Source: Bacteroidales bacterium (GTDB lineage Bacteria; Bacteroidota; Bacteroidia; Bacteroidales; UBA10428). From it: DNA of 64,000 nucleotides. Location of the stretch: contig DATGXG010000026.1 of the NCBI GenBank assembly GCA_035299085.1, positions 10,568 through 74,567 of the forward strand. The letters run 5' to 3'. This document shows, in pieces, positions 44,238-52,179 of this stretch (the stretch's first letter is position 1; every line of letters begins with the position of its first letter). The position numbers and the translations under genes are program-made. The notes under the pieces were generated by a model. The model had not been told where the DNA came from. It was given only the letters and a program-made list of their open reading frames with translations, and did not search any database.

Positions 44238-44798
44238 ATGGGTAAAGTATCGGATATATCCAAAGGCACGTTTGTAAGATATAACGGCGAAATTTCAATT
44301 GTTCTTGAATACGAACACCGCACTCCGGGTAACTTAAGGGCGTTTTACCAGGTTAAAATGCGTAACCTCAAATCCGGCAGGTTAATCGAACAACGGTTTC
44401 GTCCCGATGATGAAATGGAAATTGTTAGAGTTCATTTTAAAGAACAGCAATTCCTTTATATAGACGGAACGAACGTGGTGGTTATGGATAATGAAACCTA
44501 CGATCAGCTTCATATACCCAGGGAAACAATAGGCGAGGGTATTGACCTCTTAAAGGAAGGTGCCAATATTAAAGTTTACTTTGACGGTGAAGAACCCATA
44601 TTTGCTGAATTGCCGGTATCCGTTGAAATGGAAGTGACCTATACAGAACCCGGCATGAAAGGTGATACTGCAACCCGTACCCTGAAAACCGCCACCATTG
44701 AAACCGGTGCCCAGGTGAAAGTTCCCCTCTTTATCAACATCGGTGACCGGATCAAGATTGACACCAGGACCGGTGATTATATTGAGAGGGTCAGATAG
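44238..44798 (+). CDS. efp: Translation elongation factor P (atypical loop tip)
   Basis: 186 aa from MGKVSDISKGTFVRYNGE. Three-domain EF-P pattern with C-terminal VTYTEPGMKGDTAT...VKVPLFINIGDRIKIDTRTGDYIERV. The loop reads HRTPGNLRAF instead of the usual KPGKG. Confidence 0.9.
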   Translation: MGKVSDISKGTFVRYNGEISIVLEYEHRTPGNLRAFYQVKMRNLKSGRLIEQRFRPDDEMEIVRVHFKEQQFLYIDGTNVVVMDNETYDQLHIPRETIGEGIDLLKEGANIKVYFDGEEPIFAELPVSVEMEVTYTEPGMKGDTATRTLKTATIETGAQVKVPLFINIGDRIKIDTRTGDYIERVR

Positions 44799-44803
44799 TT
44801 TTT

Positions 44804-44897
44804 AGTTTCATGTTGTTTCATATGTTTCAAATTGTTTCAAATTGTTCTGAAACTACTTTGAAACTAAATGAAACCATATGAAACAACTTTGAAACAT
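44804..44897. repeat. Composite tandem-repeat element F: 5 x GTTTCA-containing units, then 5 x TGAAAC-containing units, forming a long imperfect hairpin
   Basis: Seen directly. GTTGTTTCATATG (44812..44824) pairs perfectly with CATATGAAACAAC (44875..44887). Inner GTTTCA/TGAAAC blocks also pair. The element lies between convergent efp and fabI. Confidence 0.85.
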
Positions 44898-44900
44898 TCT

Positions 44901-45731
44901 TCAAGGGCATTCCTTAAACGACTTATCATATTGAGTCATTGCCCTCTCACTCATACCCATACTGCTGAAACCACCGTCGTGGAACAAATTCTGCATCGTT
45001 ACCTTGCGGGTGAGATCGGAAAAGAGCGTAATACAATAATCGGCGCAATCCTCTGCAGACGCATTCCCCAGGGGTGACATCCTTTCCGTGAAATCGATGA
45101 GTGAATCAAATCCGAACACTCCGCTACCGGCTGTTGTAAGGGTGGGCGATTGTGAAATGGTATTGATCCTTATTTTCTTCTCACGTCCGTAAATGTAACC
45201 GAAGCTGCGCGCAATGGATTCAAGCAGGGCCTTGGCATCGGCCATGTCGTTGTATCCGAACAAGGTACGCTGGGCAGCAACATAAGACAACCCGACTATT
45301 GAACCCCAGTCGTTTATGGCGTCCATTTTACGGCAGATCTGGATTACCTTGTGGAACGAAAGAGCAGATATATCAAGTGTTTTTAAATAGAAATCGTAAT
45401 TAATATTATCATAGGGAATTCCTTTTCTTACGTTGGGTGACATACCAATTGAATGCAGCACAAAGTCGAATTTACCGCCGAAAAATTCCATCGATTTACT
45501 GACGAGGTTTTCAAGGTCTTCCGTGCTTGTTGCATCGGCAGGCACAACAATGCTGTTGGTGGCTGCAGCCAGTTCATTAACTTCACCAAGTCTCATGGCT
45601 ACGGGTGTATTTGTGAGAACAATCCGTGCACCTTCTGCATGGGCTTTTTCAGCGACCTTCCATGCTATTGATCTGTCATTCAGGGCTCCGAAAATAATGC
45701 CCGTTTTTCCTTTCAGCAGATTATAAGCCAT
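44901..45731 (-). CDS. fabI: Enoyl-[acyl-carrier-protein] reductase (NADH), FabI type
   Basis: 276 aa. N-terminal GKTGIIFGALNDRSIAW and the catalytic Y-x6-K context (YNDMADAK) of the FabI SDR subfamily. Confidence 0.85.
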   Translation of the reverse strand: MAYNLLKGKTGIIFGALNDRSIAWKVAEKAHAEGARIVLTNTPVAMRLGEVNELAAATNSIVVPADATSTEDLENLVSKSMEFFGGKFDFVLHSIGMSPNVRKGIPYDNINYDFYLKTLDISALSFHKVIQICRKMDAINDWGSIVGLSYVAAQRTLFGYNDMADAKALLESIARSFGYIYGREKKIRINTISQSPTLTTAGSGVFGFDSLIDFTERMSPLGNASAEDCADYCITLFSDLTRKVTMQNLFHDGGFSSMGMSERAMTQYDKSFKECP

Positions 45732-45753
45732 TCTATTAAATTTAGTTATTCCA

Positions 45754-45761
45754 CAAAGATA
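45754..45761 (-). promoter_or_regulatory. Candidate -7 box (TATCTTTG on the minus strand) upstream of fabI
   Basis: Exact TAnnTTTG match 22 nt upstream of the fabI ATG (45731). Confidence 0.3.
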
Positions 45762-45769
45762 AAATAAGA

Positions 45770-47425
45770 CTACTTACCAAGCAATGCTCTTGCATTTTCA
45801 AGAGCCGCCGGAGTAACCTCTTCACCGCTAAGCATTTTGGCAATTTCCAAATGCCTTTCGCTTTCATTGAGTAGTTTCATTCGGGTAACCGTAGACTGAC
45901 CTTCATCGGTTTTATAAACAAGAAAATGATAATCACCTTTGCTTGCAACCTGCGGAAGGTGAGTGATATTGATGATCTGCATTTTTTCTGACATCCTGAA
46001 GATGATATTGCCGACGCGTTCGGCAATTTCACCGGATACTCCCGTATCGATTTCGTCAAAAATGATTGTCGGCAATCCCGTTGAATCCGACATCAGCGAT
46101 TTTATACATAACATGAGCCTTGAAATTTCACCGCCTGAAGCCACTTTGGCAATATCCTGAGGTTTCATGTTCCTGTTAGCTGAAAACATGAATTGTATAT
46201 GATCAGCACCTGTGGGAGTAAAATCGCCATTTGCATTGAGTGTAACGGCAAAACCGGCATTCGGAATACCCACTTCCTGCAACAGGCTGACGATCCGTCT
46301 TTCAAACTCCGGTACAGCCTTTCTTCTGTTTGATGAAAGCTCGCCTGCAATTTCCTGGAGAACCGAGTGATGTTCCTGCAATTTCTTTTCAAGTTCGGGA
46401 AGACCCTGCTCAAATGAATTAATTTCTGAAATTTTCTCCCGGAAATTTTCGCGTAAAGCTATCAGTTCATCCAAACCTGAAACCCGGTGCTTTTTTTCAA
46501 GATTAAAAAGGATATTCAGCCTGTCGTTTACTTCAGTCAATCTTTTGGGGTCAAAGGAAAGCTGATTATTCAATGAATCAATTTCCCCTGCAATATCCTT
46601 GAGTTCGATATAGGCCGAGTTGATCCGGTCGGCAAGGTTTTCGTTATTGTGCAGATATTTTTTTATTCGTGAAATGGCAGACAACGCATCCTTTACTTGC
46701 TGGACCGCAGACATGCTTTCGCCCTGGATATTTTCGAAGCTCTGCATCAGTGAATTCTTGATTTCCTCAGCATGAGTGAGCTTTTCAAGTTCAAGTTCAA
46801 GCTCTTCCTGTTCGCCGGCTTTTAGTTTTGCTTCATCAAGCTGGGCAAACTGAAACACGAAATAATCCAGGTCGGCTTTCATTTTAGCCGCATTCTCAGA
46901 AAGGTTCCTGTAATTCTTTTCTGTTTGGCGGTAATCAAAATAGGCAGTCAGATACCTGTTAAGCAATTCACCGCTGCGTGCATAGCTGTCGAGTACTTTT
47001 AGCTGGAAAAGGCTGTTTGAAAGATTCAGGTTCTGGTGTTGTGAATGGATATCGATCAACCGGCTTCCGAACTCGCTTAAAAGTTCAAGATTAACCGGTG
47101 TATCATTGATAAACGCTCTTGATTTTCCCGATGACAGGATTTCCCTTCGCACTATCGTCTGATTCGCGTAATCAAGTGCGTTATCGTTGAAAAAATTATT
47201 GAGCCTGTAATTCGTAATATCAAATGTGCCTTCGACAATGCATTTTTTTTCTTTATCATAAAGTACCGAGGTATCTGCCCTTCGACCCAGAATAAGGGCC
47301 AGAGCTCCGAGAAGAATTGATTTTCCGGCTCCTGTTTCACCGGTAATAATAGTCAGGCCTTTCTTAAATTCAATGTCAAGTTTACTGATAAGTGCATAAT
47401 TCTCAACGATAAGGTTGGAAAGCAT
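45770..47425 (-). CDS. recN: DNA repair protein RecN
   Basis: 551 aa. SMC-like. Walker A GETGAGKSILLGAL, long coiled coil, and C-terminal signature ASGGEISRLMLC with Walker B IIFDEIDTG. Confidence 0.9.
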   Translation of the reverse strand: MLSNLIVENYALISKLDIEFKKGLTIITGETGAGKSILLGALALILGRRADTSVLYDKEKKCIVEGTFDITNYRLNNFFNDNALDYANQTIVRREILSSGKSRAFINDTPVNLELLSEFGSRLIDIHSQHQNLNLSNSLFQLKVLDSYARSGELLNRYLTAYFDYRQTEKNYRNLSENAAKMKADLDYFVFQFAQLDEAKLKAGEQEELELELEKLTHAEEIKNSLMQSFENIQGESMSAVQQVKDALSAISRIKKYLHNNENLADRINSAYIELKDIAGEIDSLNNQLSFDPKRLTEVNDRLNILFNLEKKHRVSGLDELIALRENFREKISEINSFEQGLPELEKKLQEHHSVLQEIAGELSSNRRKAVPEFERRIVSLLQEVGIPNAGFAVTLNANGDFTPTGADHIQFMFSANRNMKPQDIAKVASGGEISRLMLCIKSLMSDSTGLPTIIFDEIDTGVSGEIAERVGNIIFRMSEKMQIINITHLPQVASKGDYHFLVYKTDEGQSTVTRMKLLNESERHLEIAKMLSGEEVTPAALENARALLGK

Positions 47426-47457
47426 ATCCTGTACAATTTAGTGCAAGATAATAAATT

Positions 47458-48363
47458 TTACTGGTTCGAAATCTTTCTGTATTTATCCCCGTGGGTCGGG
47501 TCAATCTGGTTAAGGATTGCCATAACGCGTTTCTTCTCATCGTCCATGGCTCCCTGGTACACATTCACAAACTCATCGGATTTTGCATCGAGAATGACCT
47601 GGAAAAAGTGCATGAACGGATCAGGGCGGTTTCTGTAAACACTTTGGAGAAGCACGAGGCTCTCTGAAATGGCAGTGCGGCCATCGGTGATCTTATCATA
47701 CATCATATCCAGCCCCAGGCGGTGGTATTTATAAATGAATTCTCTCACAGGGGCATAGTCATCATTGAGAATATTGTTAATCAGCCAGTACCGGTTCTTC
47801 CTGCTTGTGCTTTCACCTGCCCTCCAGCCCCTTTCGTTGGCGTTCTGTGCATTGTTTACAATTTTTTCTGCCCGTTGGAAAAACTCGGTTCCTGAATTCA
47901 GACCGAATGAATCAAAATCAAGACCCAAAATTACATTGGCATAAAAGGCCAGCATGGAGGTGAGATTCGAGAGATGTGATGTTTCACTGAATTCAAGTGG
48001 CTGGAATTCCTGGTACCTGAAATCAAGGTCGTTATCAATATAATTAAATAGAACAGTGTTGTATGAAGAATTAAATACCGGCCTTCTGACCTGTATCTGA
48101 AGCGTACCTTTGAACTGATCGGTTGAATAATCCTGTATATTGAACAGCATGCTGCATTCGATTCGTTCGTTGATGCCGAATTTGTAGTTCGTCCATGCCC
48201 TGCTGTTCATGAATTCATTAATGGCACTTTGAAGTGTTTCAAAAATCTGCCTGTTGGTTCCCTGCACTTTTGAAGAAGTAATACGCACATCACACCGCAA
48301 TTCCTGCGATCTGGCCTGGAATGCCAGGATAATGAAAAATGCAGCGGTAAAGATTCTTTTCAT
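47458..48363 (-). CDS. Secreted DUF4835-like protein (conserved coaBC-recN neighbour in Bacteroidota)
   Basis: 301 aa. Signal peptide MKRIFTAAFFIILAFQARSQ. The family call rests on size and on the coaBC-X-recN synteny as I remember it, not on a motif. Confidence 0.5.
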   Translation of the reverse strand: MKRIFTAAFFIILAFQARSQELRCDVRITSSKVQGTNRQIFETLQSAINEFMNSRAWTNYKFGINERIECSMLFNIQDYSTDQFKGTLQIQVRRPVFNSSYNTVLFNYIDNDLDFRYQEFQPLEFSETSHLSNLTSMLAFYANVILGLDFDSFGLNSGTEFFQRAEKIVNNAQNANERGWRAGESTSRKNRYWLINNILNDDYAPVREFIYKYHRLGLDMMYDKITDGRTAISESLVLLQSVYRNRPDPFMHFFQVILDAKSDEFVNVYQGAMDDEKKRVMAILNQIDPTHGDKYRKISNQ

Positions 48364-48920
48364 ATCAAAATTTGATTTGCCAGGTATTCAACAATGTCAT
48401 TGGCGACATCCTGTTTTGACTTTAACTCAAATTCAACCGGTTTATTGTTTCTGCCGATAATCGTAATCTTATTGGTATCGCTGTTAAATCCGGATCCTTT
48501 GTCAGACAATGAATTCAGCACGATGAAATCGAAATTCTTCCTTTCAAGCTTTTCCTGTGCATGTTCTATTCCGTTTTCCGTTTCAAGAGCAAAGCCGGCG
48601 AGAAATTGCTTACCGGTTTTAATCCTGCCGAGTGTTGCGGCGATATCCGGATTCGGTTCAAGTACAAGATTTATGTCGGCTTCTTTTCTTTTAATTTTAT
48701 GAGTAACCGGTGATTTCGGACGAAAATCAGCCACTGCGGCGGATAAAATGGCACCGTCTGTATGTTCGAAAATATCAAGGCACTCCCGGAGCATTTGTTC
48801 TGCAGTCTGCACCCGTTTAACATGTATGGCGGGATGCACTGCACTAATGGAAACCGGACCGCTAACAAGAATCACTTCGGATCCTTGGGATGCCAGTTCC
48901 TCGGCAAGAGCATAGCCCAT
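48360..48920 (-). CDS. coaBC: Phosphopantothenate-cysteine ligase (CoaB) portion of a frameshifted coaBC
   Basis: The track ORF starts at MGYALAEELA. The same frame stays open upstream to 49076 with no start codon. It encodes the missing conserved N-terminus LKGKKILVTAGPTYEPIDAVRFVGNYSSGK. Confidence 0.85.
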   Translation of the reverse strand: MGYALAEELASQGSEVILVSGPVSISAVHPAIHVKRVQTAEQMLRECLDIFEHTDGAILSAAVADFRPKSPVTHKIKRKEADINLVLEPNPDIAATLGRIKTGKQFLAGFALETENGIEHAQEKLERKNFDFIVLNSLSDKGSGFNSDTNKITIIGRNNKPVEFELKSKQDVANDIVEYLANQILI

Positions 48921-49012
48921 TTTCCCCGATGAATAATTACCGACGAACCGGACGGCATCAATCGGCTCATAGGTTGGGCCGGCGGTGACAAGAATTTTTT
49001 TTCCTTTAAGAA

Positions 49013-49582
49013 TCAGCGGGAGTTTTTTTTTTCGGCCGGATGGCTGAAAAAACCTGTGATCACTTCCATAATGCGTTCAGGTTCCTCCATCCGGCCTTTA
49101 CCTGAAAGGCCACTGGCGAGTTCACCTGTTGCAGGTTCCATGATATGATTACCGTAACCACGGAGAATCTCAAGGTTTTTCTGTGTGGATGGATGGGCAA
49201 GCATATCCAGGTCCATTGCCGGGGCAATGAAAACCGGGCACCGTGCTGATAAATATGTAGTAAGCAGAAGGTTATCCGCAATTCCGTGAGCCATTTTGGC
49301 TATTGTATTGGCGCTTGCAGGGGCGATAACATAAGCATCGGCCCATAACCCAAGGTCAACATGGCTGTTCCAGTTTCCGTTTGTGGGATCAAAGAAATCG
49401 GTAAGTATAGCATTTTTTGAAAGCGTGGCCAGTGTCAAAGGGGTAATAAACTCCTTCGACAGGGGAGTCATGATCACCCTGACCTCACAATTTTCCTTAA
49501 CAAGCAACCGAATCAGGGAAGCTGCCTTATAGGCAGCAATACTACCGGTAACACCGATTAATATTTTCTTCCCGTTAAGCAT
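49013..49582 (-). CDS. coaBC: Phosphopantothenoylcysteine decarboxylase (CoaC flavoprotein) portion of a frameshifted coaBC
   Basis: 189 aa. GKKILIGVTGSIAAYKA, PAMDLDM and a flavoprotein fold. It ends ...HPAEKKNSR* immediately after an A10 run (T10 on the plus strand, 49023..49032). Confidence 0.85.
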   Translation of the reverse strand: MLNGKKILIGVTGSIAAYKAASLIRLLVKENCEVRVIMTPLSKEFITPLTLATLSKNAILTDFFDPTNGNWNSHVDLGLWADAYVIAPASANTIAKMAHGIADNLLLTTYLSARCPVFIAPAMDLDMLAHPSTQKNLEILRGYGNHIMEPATGELASGLSGKGRMEEPERIMEVITGFFSHPAEKKNSR

Positions 49583-49591
49583 GGTAAAATA

Positions 49592-49921
49592 CTACTCCGC
49601 TTTACGGACGTAGATCTGATCGTTTTCAAATTCCTCAAGAGCGATCAGCGTATGCTTGGGCAATCTTTCATAAAACTTTGAAATCTCAATCTGTTCGCGG
49701 TTTTCAAATACCTCTTCGAGATTGTCAGTATAATTTGCAAATTCTTCGAGTTTGCGGTTGAGTTCTTCCTTTATTTCAACAGAAATCTGGTTGGCTCTTT
49801 TGGAGCAGATCATAACAGCTTCGTAAATGTTTCCCGTCTTCGCTTCAAGCATGTTAAGGTCTCTTGTAATAGTGGTAGACGGTGCTTTTGACTTTTTAAA
49901 ATCTGTATTTTGTTCCATCAA
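49592..49921 (-). CDS. rpoZ: RNA polymerase omega subunit-like protein
   Basis: 109 aa. GNIYEAVMICSKRANQIS resembles the RpoZ core motif. It sits between bamD and coaBC, as in other Bacteroidota. Confidence 0.6.
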   Translation of the reverse strand: MMEQNTDFKKSKAPSTTITRDLNMLEAKTGNIYEAVMICSKRANQISVEIKEELNRKLEEFANYTDNLEEVFENREQIEISKFYERLPKHTLIALEEFENDQIYVRKAE

Positions 49922-50742
49922 TTTTTAGTTAATTCGTTATCAGTGTCTTTAACATATTTGGAAGCTCGTTCATACATATCATCGGCTTCTTTTTTATTAT
50001 TACTTTGCGGAAACTCCGCAATAAAAGTATAGTACTCATCAATGGCATCCTGGAATCGCTCAGTCTGTTTTGAAGCAATGCTGTTCATAGCCAGCATGAA
50101 TTTCGATTTGAACAGCTTGAACATGATTTCTTCCCTGTACTTTGAATCGGGAAAATCAGCCAGGCAGTTACCGAGGGAAACTACAGAAGCTTTATAATCA
50201 TCCAGGTTATAATATAACTGTGCGGACAGGTATTCCTTCTCCATTAATTTTTCATTCAGTTCCTGGATAATCCTCTGACAATCAGCGATACGAGAACTAT
50301 TCGGAAAGCGGATCATGTAAAGCCTGAATGCATCAATAGCCTGGTTGGTGCTTGTCTGATCCAGTTCGGGTCGAGGCGACTGCATGTAAAAACAATAGGC
50401 TGTCATATATGACGCCTCTTCAATCAAATGACTGTTGCCGTACATCTGGACAAAATTGTCGAAATAGTGACCTGCTATAATATAATCATTCAATTTATAT
50501 TGGGTCATAGCCTGGAAATAATACACAGAGTCGGCCCTGCGCGTTCCTCTTATCAAAGGTGCAAGCTGATCAAATAATGTGGCCGCTTTCACATAATCCT
50601 CCCTGTCGTAATAATAAAAGGCCTTTGAATATTTTAAATTAATGTCATCGCTTTTAAGAATTTTCTCATAACCCGAGCATGAGAAAAACAGGATCATGCC
50701 GGTTAAAGCAATGATTGAAATATGTTTACGGTTTTTAAACAT
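49918..50742 (-). CDS. bamD: Outer membrane protein assembly factor BamD (TPR lipoprotein)
   Basis: 274 aa. Lipoprotein signal with lipobox FFSC. TPR-like repeats (YYYDREDYVKAATLFDQL, YFQAMTQYKLNDY, AQLYYNLDDYKASV). Confidence 0.8.
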   Translation of the reverse strand: MFKNRKHISIIALTGMILFFSCSGYEKILKSDDINLKYSKAFYYYDREDYVKAATLFDQLAPLIRGTRRADSVYYFQAMTQYKLNDYIIAGHYFDNFVQMYGNSHLIEEASYMTAYCFYMQSPRPELDQTSTNQAIDAFRLYMIRFPNSSRIADCQRIIQELNEKLMEKEYLSAQLYYNLDDYKASVVSLGNCLADFPDSKYREEIMFKLFKSKFMLAMNSIASKQTERFQDAIDEYYTFIAEFPQSNNKKEADDMYERASKYVKDTDNELTKN

Positions 50743-50850
50743 CGCGCAAAGTTACAAATTTTTAAGACAATACAATTGCAGATGATTCATTTTTAGAATT
50801 CGTAAAAGTAAATCTTATTATAGTTTTCTTGACGGTAATACAAAAAAAAT

Positions 50851-50858
50851 TACTTTTG
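50851..50858 (+). promoter_or_regulatory. Candidate -7 box TACTTTTG upstream of the alpha-oxoamine synthase gene
   Basis: Exact TAnnTTTG match inside the ORF-track N-terminal extension, 34 nt before the GTG at 50892. Confidence 0.3.
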
Positions 50859-50891
50859 CTTTCACTTTTATTAACTAAAATTCTTTTTGTC

Positions 50892-52139
50892 GTGGATATA
50901 TTTGACAAGATTAAAAAGAGCAGAGGCCCACTGGGACAATATCAGCAGGTCGCACACGGATATTTTATGTTTCCGAAGCTTGAAGGTGAAATCGGACCGA
51001 GGATGAGGTTCAGGGGAAAAGAGCTTTTGAACTGGAGTCTCAATAATTATCTCGGGCTGGCTAACATGCCTGAGGTAAGAAAAGCCGATGCTGACGCAGC
51101 TAAAGAATACGGTATGGCTGCTCCGATGGGTGCAAGGATGATGTCGGGACAGACAACCAAACATGAGGAACTTGAGAATCAGCTTGCTGAGTTTGTAGGC
51201 AAGGAAGATGCATTTCTGTTAAACTACGGTTACCAGGGCATGATGTCTATCATTGATTCCGTCCTGGGAAGAAACGATGTGGTGGTTTATGATTCCGAGG
51301 CACATGCCTGCATCGTCGATGGTTTAAGGTTGCATATGGGTAAACGTTTTGTTTATCCGCATAATAATATGGAAAAGCTGGAGAAGGAGCTCGAAAGAGC
51401 TACCAAGCTGGCTACTGAAACAGGCGGTGGAATCCTTGTAATCACTGAAGGTGTGTTTGGTATGGCAGGTGACCTGGGTAATCTGAAGGCAGTGGCCGAC
51501 CTGAAGAAAAAATTTGAATTCCGTATACTTGTTGATGATGCTCATGGTTTCGGAACTATGGGTAAAACGGGTGCCGGAACAGGTGAACATTTCGGCGTTC
51601 AGGATGAGATTGATCTCTATTTCAGTACGTTTGCCAAATCAATGGCCGGAATCGGCGCTTTCATAGCCGGTAAAGAAGATGTGATCAACTACCTGCGTTA
51701 TAACATGCGTTCACAGACATTTGCAAAATCACTGCCTATGCCTATGGTTATCGGTGCTTTGAAACGTCTTGAACTCATTAAAACACGCCCCGAGATCCGT
51801 GAAAAATTGTGGACTGTTGTAAACGCCCTTCAGTCGGGTTTCCGTGCAAAAGGCCTGAACCTTGGCAACACCGAATCCCCTGTAACACCTGTTTTTTTAT
51901 CAGGTACCGTTGCTGAAGCGACTAACGTGGTTATCGATCTTCGTGAGAATTACAAGATCTTCTGTTCAATGGTTGTATATCCTGTAGTTCCCAAGGATAC
52001 CATTATGCTCAGAATTATACCCACAGCTGCTCATACACTCGAAGATGTGGAGTACACTGTAAATGCATTTGCAGAAATCCAGGAAAAGCTGAAAGCCGGA
52101 CAGTTTAAGTCCGACAGGATTGCTTCCCTTCTCGGATAA
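50892..52139 (+). CDS. Alpha-oxoamine synthase family PLP enzyme (Kbl/BioF/serine-palmitoyltransferase-like)
   Basis: Proposed GTG start gives MDIFDKIKKSRGPLGQYQQVAHGYFMFPKLEG. LNNYLGLANMPEV, DDAHGFG and PLP-lysine context FSTFAKSMAG. The substrate (glycine, serine, cysteate or alanine) cannot be decided from sequence alone. Confidence 0.85.
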   Translation: MDIFDKIKKSRGPLGQYQQVAHGYFMFPKLEGEIGPRMRFRGKELLNWSLNNYLGLANMPEVRKADADAAKEYGMAAPMGARMMSGQTTKHEELENQLAEFVGKEDAFLLNYGYQGMMSIIDSVLGRNDVVVYDSEAHACIVDGLRLHMGKRFVYPHNNMEKLEKELERATKLATETGGGILVITEGVFGMAGDLGNLKAVADLKKKFEFRILVDDAHGFGTMGKTGAGTGEHFGVQDEIDLYFSTFAKSMAGIGAFIAGKEDVINYLRYNMRSQTFAKSLPMPMVIGALKRLELIKTRPEIREKLWTVVNALQSGFRAKGLNLGNTESPVTPVFLSGTVAEATNVVIDLRENYKIFCSMVVYPVVPKDTIMLRIIPTAAHTLEDVEYTVNAFAEIQEKLKAGQFKSDRIASLLG

Positions 52140-52146
52140 TCATCAT

Positions 52147-52176
52147 AAAAAAAGGCGCCTGAGGCGCCTTTTTTAT
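52147..52176. terminator. Bidirectional rho-independent terminator
   Basis: AAAAAAAGGCGCC-TGA-GGCGCCTTTTTTAT. An 8-bp stem (52152..52159 / 52163..52170) flanked by an A-run and a T-run, between convergent genes. Confidence 0.75.
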
Positions 52177-52179
52177 TTA

